NCBI GenBank assembly: GCA_965178125.1
Contig: OZ237775.1
Span: 372,001-436,000 of the forward strand
Direction: 5' to 3'
Origin: Bilabrum cf. latius
Taxonomy: Eukaryota
Length of the DNA: 64,000 nucleotides
Both the position numbers and the translations under genes were made by a program. Position 1 is the first letter of the stretch, and each line of letters starts with the position of its first letter. Below the pieces are notes generated by a model. The model ran no database searches. It was not told where the DNA came from and saw nothing but the letters and a program-made list of their open reading frames with translations. Of the stretch, positions 14,462-23,969 are shown piece after piece.

Positions 14462-16700
14462 TCAGTCCGAATCGTCACCGTCTTCGTCATCCTCCACGAT
14501 GACCGCGCTTTCGACGACCTCTTTGAGCGCCGCCATCTCCGCGGCCGCTTTCTTCTCCGCATCCTCGCGCGATAGACCCTCTTCGTTCATGATCTTCGTT
14601 GCCGTGCGGATCATCGCCTTGCTTGCAGTGCGCTGCACCACGGCGTTCTTCACCTGTTCGGCCTGCTTGGGCTCCAGCAGCTTCAGCAGCTCTATCCCGC
14701 GCCACTGCAGCTGCCCGTCCTCGGGGTTCTTGGACAGCGAGTACTTGACAAGGTCTACGGCCTTGTTCTCCTTGGCGCGGCGGAGACACTCGGCTGCGAG
14801 AAAACAAGCAAAAGAAATAGCAAGCAAAATATGATAGGGGATGAAGCGAGGCAGCACACAGCCAAGATGCCTGCAAATGGATACGAAGCAAGTGCTCGAG
14901 TCGCTCCCGTCATGATGCTCGCTCTCTCGCTCTCCCCTCTCCTCTCACGGTCCTTGCACAGCTGTCCAAGCAGCTGTGTCCCGCGCGTCTGCACCTGGTA
15001 ATCGTCCTGGTTGTTGGTCATCCCAGCGCACACCGCTTCCACGCCCCCTTCCTCTCCGATCTGCTTGGAGTACTCCGAAGACATGGCGGTCAGGGCCTTG
15101 TACCCGTTTGCCTGCACCCGCTCGTCCCATGCGTATTTCCTGAGGCCCCAAACCAGCTTCGCGATCCCGTTGGCACCCTGCGAGCGAGAAGGAGCGGAAG
15201 AGTGCAGCAGGAACAGGGGAATCAGAAGAGCAGCGCACGATGCCAGCTATGTCAGTGCAGCCAACGAGTACGAGAGACACCCCCCTCCCCCAGTAACAAA
15301 CCAAATCGGACATATGGACATACGGACGGACGGAAAGGCAACACTTCCGCCGTTCCAAAGGAACTCACCGCCAGCTCAGCACGATAATCGTCCCTCCCCG
15401 CGAGAATGGTCGCAAACGCGTCAAAGCACCAGACCAGTGCCTCCTTGCTCCGCACGCGCTCCAGCATGAATGTGATGAGTGCGGCCGGTCCCTCCTTCAT
15501 CACCTGAGCCACCTGGGCCGAGACGCCGTGCTTCCCCGGCACGTTACCGGAGGAGATCTCCTTGGCCTTGCCTGCCATGACAGCCTCTCTCAGCATGCTC
15601 CAGGCCTTCTTGTCCCTCGCCGCCAGCGATTTCGCGCGGGTCACCTCCTCCTCGGAGAGCCCCTGCAGCTGGGTGAGCACGCTGCTAGCGCGGAAGGCGA
15701 GCGTGCCGTCCGACCCGTGCTGCTCCAGCACCTGCTGGATGACGTCCACGGCGCCGACTCCGTATGCCCGAAGCAGGTTCTCAGAAGCTCCAGATGGCGC
15801 TTCATTGGTCGTAGCGGCCGCTGCAGCAGACTGCACCGTTAACCGCCGAAGGCACGCTATTCCCTCCTGCGCGCACTGCTGCTCCTCCGAATTAGAACGG
15901 AGTCCGGCAACCACGGCGTCCACTGCCCCCTGCCTGCCGAGCACTTGAGCGAACCGGCCTGCCATGACGGCGATGTACCTGAACCCAGCCGATTGTACGT
16001 CTGGGATCCATCGGTACAACCGCATGGCTTGCATGACCTGCGTTCATTCACGATTTGAAAAAAAATGAACATGTTGAACAGATGTAGGCTTGTTGGTAGT
16101 TGGGGGTGGGAAGCGCTTGGTGCTTCGGTGCAGACAGATGCCTCGATATACAAAACCGCACGCTACTCTTACCTCTTTGGACCCGTCGGACACGTGCAGT
16201 GCGCTCTGCTGCTGCTCGTCACCCACAGTCACCTCGGCCATGGCGTTGATGGTGAGCACCACCACGTCCTCGTCCTGCATGTTGCCGGCGAGGTACCGCG
16301 CGAGGGCGGCAGCCCCTTTCTTTGCTTCTTCTTCGACTTTGCCGGCCGTGCCAGGGTCGGCGGTACCCGGTGTCTTGCCCCCGTTGGCGGTGCTACCCCT
16401 CCTGGTACCCCGCTTTGGGGTCACTTCCGCAGGGGAGTCCCCCGCCCCCGCCGCCGCAGCCGCGCCGCCCCCGTCTCCCGAAGCCGGCTGTGCTTCGATT
16501 TTCTTGTCCGGTTTCTCTGCAGGCGCCTGCGCTGGCTTGTCGCTGGAATCAGCTCCAGCGGCGACCGCGCCAGATGTCGAAGCGTTGGTACCCGCGGGTG
16601 TGGGTGCATTGGACTGCGGTGCCTGCTTGCTCTCCGCTGCGTTGTCGGCGGGCGCAGGTGCCGCGGCGACTGCCTGTGGCTTGGATGCTCCGCAACCCAT
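14462..16700 (-). CDS. ARM/HEAT-like repeat protein, paralogue B, with N-terminal MGCGAS dual-acylation motif (multi-exon)
   Basis: Starts MGCGASK, a myristoylation/palmitoylation-type motif. Exons are colinear with 6315..8353. Several GT-AG introns. Ends TGA at 14462. Confidence 0.7.
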
Positions 16701-17503
16701 GCTACCAGATTATCTCTAATCGATGCAGTTGACCCGAGAGCTTCTTTGCTTGCTCAGTTGGTTGCCTTCGTAGCGGTGACCGGGCAGGTGACCGGCGACG
16801 AGCGTTGAGGCAAGCTAGATTACAGAGCGCAGTAGTTGCCAGTAGCCTTCTGCGAAGGGAACTCAAATAGCATGCATGGCACAGGCCGTCAGCATTCCTC
16901 ATACTCTGAATCAAGTGAATTCACCCAGCGGCTGCTTCATTTCGTGGTAGCTGCAAGTCCGACCCTCCAGGAGCCTTACTGCTTCCATCCAACACGAACC
17001 ATGTTCGTTCAAAGTAAAGGCAACATCTTTGAATCGTAGGAACAATTTGATGAGTTTCCCATGGTACATATCAAGCCGATCTGATTCATGCCGCGCCATC
17101 CAACCCACGATACCAGCTAGCTTTTCAGACACCAGGACAGCACATCACCACAACCAAGTTACAAAGAGTATACATACTGGGGACAATACCCTAACTTCCA
17201 TGCTGAGGTCGCAACCTTGGGATGTTCGCACAACCAGATATCCGTACCCCTCCACAGAGCTGAACGGTAGCTATGTAGCAGAGGCAGGGGACCTTGCATA
17301 CTGCATCACTATTGAAAATATTCGACAAGATTCAAAATAACTCACGCTCAGCACGACTAATACGTCGCAGAGGACGCCAGGTGGTTGTTTGGAATCGATC
17401 CGTTTTGGCTGTGGCGCCGCCGGCGTGGCGAACTTTCGGTTTGAAGGTGACGAACCTTTCGTTGAGTGAAGAGTATATGCAAGATTTGCGAGTTTGCAAG
17501 TAC

Positions 17504-19727
17504 ATGAAAAGCACAAAGGATGGTAAGAGCATGTCAACACAAGCGTATCACTGCGCGTAGCCGGCATCGCACATCTTGGTTCCTTTGATAGGTTGACAAG
17601 CAACTACCTGGCAGATTCTCCCCAACTCCGTTTCTGTATACTCCATATCATTTGCCAGCAGATGAGTATGCTTGGGAAAAGACATATGAGCGAACCTGGG
17701 ATACAGTGTAGGAAGGCAAGGACGGGCGGCTACGAGTTGATGGAGAGCTTGTTGGAGGGGCCACCGGACGCCGGGCTGTGGCTGCAGCCGCAGCCCGCAG
17801 GCACGCGAGGGAAGAAGCAGCTGCTGCCGAAACCGGCAAACGAAGGCGGTTGTTGCGCTGCCTGATGGTAGTGATCGACTATTCCCAGGCGATGCGGCCC
17901 TCGGACTTCAAGCCGTCCCGCGCTCAGGCGGCCATTCAGGCAACCAGGCAGCTCGTGAGGGGCTTCTTCGCCGAAAATCCGATTTCGTACGTCGGTATAC
18001 TAATCACGCACAATAAAACCGCCCGCATCGTCAGCAAGCCCTCGAGCAACGGCGCCAGGCACCTGCGGGTGCTGGACAGCTTGGAGCGAGCCTCGAGCAA
18101 AATCGAGGGAGCCGCCTCGTTCGTGCGATCCCTCCAAATGGCGAGGGAGTGCTTCCGGTTTGTGCCCCCTTACGCTGACAGGGAGATTCTAGTGATCCAC
18201 GGGGCGCTCTCCTCGCTCGATCCAGTAGACAGGGACGTGTACGAGCTGGCTGCAGAGCTGTCCGAAGAGGGCACGCGGTGCAGCTTCGTGGGGATCGCTG
18301 GGGAAGTGTACGTCGCGAGAGAGGTGTCGCGGAGAACAGGGGGTAGGTGGGGGGTAGCTGAAACCGAGGAACAGCTCACTTCGCTGGTGTGCGACTCGTT
18401 GACCCCGCCCACGACCTCGCAAGGTGACAAGCTGGTCGCAACCATGGAGCTGATGGGCTTCCCCCCCAGGGAACACAACCCCGCCGGGGTCACCATCTCG
18501 CAGCAGGGCGCGTCCGCCCACGTGCAGGTAGTTCCGGTTTCGCACCCCTGCCCCCGGTGCTCCACCAGGGCGGCGCAGGTGCCCTCTTAGTGCGCCGTAT
18601 GCGGGCTGCAGCTGGCATCCGCGCAGCAGCTGGCGAGGAGTTACCACCACCTGTATCCCGTGCCCCCATTCGTTGAGCTGCCTCGGAGGTGCAAAGGGGC
18701 AGTGGCCGTGATTGGAAGGATTCGGAGTCGAATCGCGGGCGCCGCAGCGGCGGGACAGGGGACGGCTGAGCCGGGGGCAGTACCGAGAGAGGCATCCTCG
18801 AAGGCGACTGCATCGGCTGCCAGCCCAGAAGGCGGGTCGAGTGACGAGGCGGGGCCGGCATCGCAACCGCCGATGGAAGATGAGGACGGGGGGGCTGGGG
18901 CTGTGGCCGGGAAGGGTGCATCGCATGCACGTGCATCGCATGGAGAGGCACAAGCAAGTGGTATTACCCGAAGCGGCAAGGGCGACCAGGGCTTGGTCCT
19001 GCCCAGCTTGCCGGCTGATCCGATCATAGTGAACCCGATCGAAGGTTCGTTATCTTCCAGGTCGGGGTCACTTCGAGCGGCATTGCGGGCTGCTGATTCG
19101 GTTCCGCACAGCTCATCGGCACGGCGCATCAGGGTTGAGGTGATGTTTGGCACCTGGAACGACTGCAAGGCGGAGCACGGGAAAATGCGGCGCCGCGCAT
19201 CTGCGACCCCATCTAGCGCACCATCGGTATCGGCAGATGACTCGAGGCCCAAGGTGACTCTGACCGAGAACGCCGCGGCGCATTGCACTGCAGTGGAAGC
19301 GCTCAACGAGGCAACTGTGACGACTCGACCGCTACGTGACGCTGACCCGGGAGACCCGGCTTCGGCTGTAAGCGGGGGATCGCCGTCGGATGCATCGCAC
19401 GAAAGTGCGTGGATCGAGGCGCTGCGTCCCTCCCAGCTGCCCATGCTGGCCCCCTCCTCCCTTGTTGCGTTCGCGGTGTACTACCGGCCATGGTCTCACT
19501 TGGGGGCGTCGGCTGAAGGTGGTTCGCAGATCGGTATGAGTGGCAGTGGTGGCGGCGGTGGCTCATTGCCTGCACCTGCTCCTGCTTGCTGCGGGTGCTG
19601 CAGCAGTCCCTTCCGGCAGCTGGACCCGAGTTTCGTGTGCGTACGGTGTCATGCTGTGTTCTGCTCGTCGTGTGACGAGCTGGTGCACGAGGTGGCGCAC
19701 GTGTGCCCAGGATGCTCGCTCGAATGA
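17504..19727 (+). CDS. GTF2H2: TFIIH subunit p44/Ssl1 (vWA domain, C4 zinc finger, C-terminal Cys/His RING-like domain)
   Basis: YAWEKTYERTW; LMVVIDYSQAMRPSDFKPSR; FFAENPISYVGI; CPRC..VPS*CAVCGLQLASAQQLARSYHHLYP; CVRCHAVFCSSCDELVHEVAHVCPGC. In-frame TAG at 17709 and 18588. Predicted intron 17523-17658. Ends TGA. Confidence 0.9.
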
Positions 19728-20327
19728 CATTAACTCGTTCGTGTGGATTGGGTTTAGCTGTATACCACCCTGTAGGGGCAGTGACGTACATTGCGAGGGC
19801 TCTCCAAAGGATGGAAGGCAGCGCAATTGTGGTACTTCAAATCGATGTTTGACGGATGTCGGAGAGCAAATTGATTGATGGATAAGCTATCAATCTCAAT
19901 TGGATGCTGCAGTGAATGAACGTGGAAAGGGCACTTGTGTCGCCCTCTGCCACTCGCACTGTGGTGCACCTTGGCTCGACAATCGCACCTGGCATCCAGC
20001 TACGCTAGGCAAATGCACTCAAGTGTGCACAAGTGTGCTGCGAACGATTCCTTCGATCGGGATCTCTTGCCGCTACAGGTCTGCGATCAAGAGCCGCCCG
20101 TGCTCCCGCCTGCACCTGCGCCGCTTGCGGGGCCTGTTGGTCCAGTTCCTGTGGCTCCTTGGGCGGGTGCAGCTGCGGCACCGGTGCCTGCAGGTTGTGG
20201 TGGGCCTGCTCCTGCGCCTCCTTGGGCGGGTGCAGCTGCGGCACCGGTGCCTGCAGGTGGTGGTGGGCCTGCTCCTGCGCCTCCTTGGGCGGGTGCAGCC
20301 GCGGCACCGGTGCCTGCAGGCGGTGGT

Positions 20328-20332
20328 GGGCC
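20328..20332 (+). other. Left copy of 5-bp target-site duplication GGGCC (right copy 23970-23974)
   Basis: Left flank ends gtggtGGGCC and right flank starts GGGCCtgctcc. The paralogous empty site gtggtGGGCCtgctcc at 28077-28092 has one copy. Confidence 0.9.
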
Positions 20333-21008
20333 GGGGGGGGACAACGGGTGGTGGTAGGTACACCAAGCGTTGAGGACGAGGGCTACGCTACGCTCGCCCC
20401 TCCTTTAAAGGCATATTTAGCAACTCAAGTGTTTTCCCTATAAACCTAGATGATTTCCCAAGGGGTTCCCCAAGAACCCCTATAGAACCCCTCTATGTAC
20501 CCATTTTCAGATATAAAATTTACTCCTACGAAGTAGGGGTAAATTGAAGAATTCTAATCTTTATCCCCCTTATAAACTCTAACAGCAAAGACAGAGATGT
20601 TTTAGTAAAGTAGGAAAAAATGAAGAAATTAACCAAGTGTCAAAAACCTCTCTGTGTTTGCTGTAGGAACGAAAGGATGAATTCCCAAGAGACCAAGAGA
20701 CCAACCGAGGATTTTCCCAAGAGAACAAGGTATTTTATCAAGAGAACAAGGTAGTTACACCAAGCGACAAACCGATGAACCGACCGATGAACCGACCAAG
20801 GATTTCCCAAGGATTTCCCAAGGATTTCCCAAGGATTTCCCAAGGATTTCCCAAGCGACTAAATTGTTCTCCGAAGCAACCAAACCGATTACCCAAGAGA
20901 TGATACATTATAAGGAAAACGAAAACAAATTATAATTGTATTTTAAGTCCCTTTGGAAAAGTCCCCCAAAAATTGAGAGATTTGACAGGTCAATTATAAG
21001 AGACTTAG
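20333..21008 (+). repeat. Left terminal inverted repeat (676 bp)
   Basis: Reverse complement of 23295..23969; position p pairs with 44303-p. The ORF track shows the same 67-aa ORF on opposite strands (20640..20843 and 23460..23663). Confidence 0.95.
20796..20855 (+). repeat. 11-bp tandem repeat (CCAAGGATTTC)x5 within the TIR (mirror copy 23448-23507)
   Basis: Directly visible. Related TTCCCAAG motifs are dispersed through the TIR and occur once internally near 22905. Confidence 0.9.
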
Positions 21009-21295
21009 GTTTGTAACTCTTTCCTTCGTTTTGGATTAATAGAATTCCGCAATACTCTTACATCACTTGACAACAATTTCCACTAAGTATATATTTTACC
21101 TCCATTCACCGGACAAATCTGTTGTCCTATCTCAAGCAATAATTCTATGTGCTCCTCAGTTTCTTCCTTTTTGGTTTTGAGTAGATTATACTACTTCTTA
21201 AGGTCAAAATATGCTTTCCTTGCAATTAAATAATCTTTATATACTTCCATATACCTTTTCCAATTACCATATTTCCTTGGTCGTCCTGCTGACAT
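21005..21295 (-). CDS. Element ORF1: 96-aa basic protein with N-terminal AT-hook-like GRPRK motif
   Basis: MSAGRPRKYGNWKRYMEVYKDYLIARKAYFDLKK*YNLLKTKKEETEEHIELLLEIGQQICPVNGGKIYT*WKLLSSDVRVLRNSINPKRRKELQT. Two in-frame TAG; ends TAA at the TIR boundary. Confidence 0.6.
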
Positions 21296-21469
21296 TTTTT
21301 TAATTGTGTCTGTGTATCGTTGGGGAAAATGTATCAATTTTTCTTGGGGACTTTTTAATACCGATTTGTTTTCCACAAATTCCTAAATGGATTTTGTAGA
21401 AATACTTCTACACTTAAATAGTGGTTAAGAGAATTCATCTCCCCCAATATATATGTATATAATAAATCT

Positions 21470-22024
21470 ATGGATTATGCTCTTAGCGATAGTGATATTC
21501 GTGTTCTCCTCCAAAATCCACCAAATATTAAAGGATTTCTTCCTACGTCGGTAAATATTGTACCTTATACCGAATTAGGATAGTACAATAGTATTGATGG
21601 ATTGTTTTCCCGTTGTAATTGTTGCATTATTTTGTATCAAGAAGAAATAAACTCTGGACACTGGGTGTGCTTATTTAAGCGTAATAAAACAATATACTTC
21701 TTTGACAGTTATGGAATTCGTCCTGATAGGCAATAGCAGACAATGAGTGAAAGCGTGCGGAAACGTTTTTATGAAGACCCTGAGTTAATTTATTTAATGT
21801 ATCATTCTCCGTATAAGATTGACTATAACCCATATTAGTTTTAGGCGGATGGAATGGATATAGCAACCTGCGGGAGACATTGTATAGTTCGTCTTTGGAA
21901 TAGAGCGAAAAACGCTAATTAGTATAAAAAGTGGGTGGATAAGGTTTGTAAGAAACATACATTAAATCCTGATGAATTAGTGTATTTATTGACGTATCAT
22001 CTTAATGATATACAGGAAATATAA
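21470..22024 (+). CDS. Element ORF2: virophage/Polinton/adenovirus-type (adenain-like, clan CE) cysteine maturation protease, 184 aa
   Basis: Missed by the ORF track. Manual translation gives SGHWVCLFKRNKTIYFFDSYG ... YNPY*F*ADGMDIATCGRHCIVRL, i.e. catalytic His, Asp and Cys in family order. TAG at 21581, 21734, 21836, 21842 and 21920. Ends TAA 22022-22024. Confidence 0.9.
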
Positions 22025-22066
22025 ACGGGCATACATTAAATATTATTATATCACTTTATAGAAATA

Positions 22067-22378
22067 ATGCGTTGGACTTCAAAAGACCAAGATAAATGTA
22101 TGAGATTAAGAAATAAAATAGAAGACAAAATATGTAATTTAAACGTCAAACAAGGTGTTCTATCAGAAACAGCAATTAAGGAAATTTAGAGTTTATTTTA
22201 TAATATAACATTATTTGAAAAGGAACCTGAGAAGTATCATGAACAAATTCAATCACTGACAAATATGGTGGAAAACATTATATTTGAAGAGCAAGTAGAG
22301 TATCTTGTAAAATAGGCGAAAACACGAATTCTTAACAAAGACGAAATCAAAGAGATAATCGGTAATGTATCTAAATAA
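22067..22378 (+). CDS. Element ORF3: 103-aa helical hypothetical protein
   Basis: MRWTSKDQDKCMRLRNKIEDKICNLNVKQGVLSETAIKEI*SLFYNITLFEKEPEKYHEQIQSLTNMVENIIFEEQVEYLVK*AKTRILNKDEIKEIIGNVSK. Two TAG; ends TAATAA. Starts 42 bp after the protease stop. Confidence 0.65.
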
Positions 22379-22438
22379 TAAAGATGATATTAAGTCCCCA
22401 TAAAATTCTGATGCTTCTTGCTGTTAAAATGGTGTCAT

Positions 22439-22723
22439 TTATGAACTCCAAAGGTAAAAATGTGAGAAGAACTTTGGGGTTCTTGGTTTTACTTCGATAC
22501 CGTGTCGTTTGAAGTATCTAAATTGGCGGTCCGTATCTAAATGATTTAAATGGCTGTAATACCCTATTCTATCGTAAAATTGCTAATACCGCCTATCACC
22601 AAACGATGTAATATATTCATCATTTTCGTCAAAAACATCATACTTCTTATTCTTGCGTCTTGAGGGTGCTTTAAATTGAAAATTTTCAACAACCTTTTCA
22701 AAATCGTAGGTATGTGGCTTCAT
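22439..22723 (-). CDS. Element ORF4: 94-aa Tlr6F-like protein (family found in Polinton-like viruses, virophages and some giant viruses)
   Basis: PSRRKNKKYDVFDENDEYITSFGDRRY*QFYDRIGYYSHLNHLDTDRQFRYFKRHG...TPKFFSHFYLW fits my recollection of the family pattern S.RK.KKY.V...FG...Y...H.D..R...Y..RH...S...LW. One TAG at 22583; ends TAA. Family assignment is from memory, not a search. Confidence 0.65.
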
Positions 22724-22754
22724 AAGTACTTTATAGTATAGTCTTCTACTTATA

Positions 22755-22868
22755 TCAAAGCCCGAGCTTCTTGTATTCCTTTAGTTTTTCGTGTAATTTT
22801 TTCCAAATACGTGGATTAATTTGCTTGACAATATGCTCTATCATCAACTCCTTTAAAAATGGGTTCAT
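22755..22868 (-). CDS. Element ORF5: 37-aa basic micropeptide
   Basis: MNPFLKELMIEHIVKQINPRIWKKLHEKLKEYKKLGL, TGA stop. Preceded by the same upstream motif as ORF3. Confidence 0.4.
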   Translation of the reverse strand: MNPFLKELMIEHIVKQINPRIWKKLHEKLKEYKKLGL

Positions 22869-23294
22869 TTACTATAGTGATATAGAATGGCTTAAATTAT
22901 CATCTCTTGGGAAATCCTTGGAAAATAAATTTTAATATTTCTTTGTATCCTATATTGTCAAAATTTTTCAATCAATTTTTGTGTTTTTAATTGGAAAACA
23001 ATTATAATTTGTTTTTTATTTTCCTTTTGATTTTTATGGTGGCATCATAGGAGTTACAACATTTAATTTTAATCTTTGAAAAAGATATCAAAAGAGCGGA
23101 GGGCAAAGCCCGAGCATCTTGGGAACTTAATTTATTCTTTCTAAGTCTCTTATAATTGACCTGTAAAATTGACAAGTTTTTTGGGGACTTTTCGAAAGGG
23201 ACTTAAAATACGTTTTCGTTTTCCTTTTAATTTTAATGGTGGCATCATTGGAATTATAACATTTAATTTTAATTGGAAAATATATTTATTCTTT

Positions 23295-23969
23295 CTAAGT
23301 CTCTTATAATTGACCTGTCAAATCTCTCAATTTTTGGGGGACTTTTCCAAAGGGACTTAAAATACAATTATAATTTGTTTTCGTTTTCCTTATAATGTAT
23401 CATCTCTTGGGTAATCGGTTTGGTTGCTTCGGAGAACAATTTAGTCGCTTGGGAAATCCTTGGGAAATCCTTGGGAAATCCTTGGGAAATCCTTGGGAAA
23501 TCCTTGGTCGGTTCATCGGTCGGTTCATCGGTTTGTCGCTTGGTGTAACTACCTTGTTCTCTTGATAAAATACCTTGTTCTCTTGGGAAAATCCTCGGTT
23601 GGTCTCTTGGTCTCTTGGGAATTCATCCTTTCGTTCCTACAGCAAACACAGAGAGGTTTTTGACACTTGGTTAATTTCTTCATTTTTTCCTACTTTACTA
23701 AAACATCTCTGTCTTTGCTGTTAGAGTTTATAAGGGGGATAAAGATTAGAATTCTTCAATTTACCCCTACTTCGTAGGAGTAAATTTTATATCTGAAAAT
23801 GGGTACATAGAGGGGTTCTATAGGGGTTCTTGGGGAACCCCTTGGGAAATCATCTAGGTTTATAGGGAAAACACTTGAGTTGCTAAATATGCCTTTAAAG
23901 GAGGGGCGAGCGTAGCGTAGCCCTCGTCCTCAACGCTTGGTGTACCTACCACCACCCGTTGTCCCCCCC
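23295..23969 (-). repeat. Right terminal inverted repeat (675 bp)
   Basis: Reverse complement of 20333..21008, one terminal base shorter (C7 vs G8). Confidence 0.95.

Larger units (their letters stand above)
20333..23969. mobile_element. 3,637-bp AT-rich, TIR-bounded, virophage/Polinton-like non-autonomous element
   Basis: Sharp switch to AT-rich DNA, 676/675-bp TIRs, G8...C7 termini and a 5-bp TSD. Encodes an adenain-family maturation protease and a Tlr6F-like protein. No integrase, capsid, polymerase or ATPase ORF recognisable. Confidence 0.9.

Noticed and set aside
18588-18590. TAG = Glu (or pyrrolysine) instead of Gln
   Set aside because: Two sites sit in often-Glu columns, but five direct TAG/CAG correspondences, the GGT site and the protease Gln favour Gln. 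No pyrrolysine machinery is visible and it is not known in eukaryotes. Not formally excluded without genome-wide statistics.
20640-20843. 67-aa ORF in each TIR (also 23460..23663)
   Set aside because: Non-ATG start inside the 11-bp repeat and no recognisable motif; likely a by-product of the TIR sequence.
21461-21472. TCTA late-promoter motif of CroV/mavirus type before the protease
   Set aside because: TCTA overlaps the ATG rather than lying upstream, and a 4-mer in AT-rich DNA is not significant alone.
20333-23969. Contaminant contig, or an ordinary MITE/cut-and-paste DNA transposon
   Set aside because: A clean TSD, a matching empty site and use of the host's TAG code argue for true integration. 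The cargo is a viral-type protease rather than a transposase remnant.
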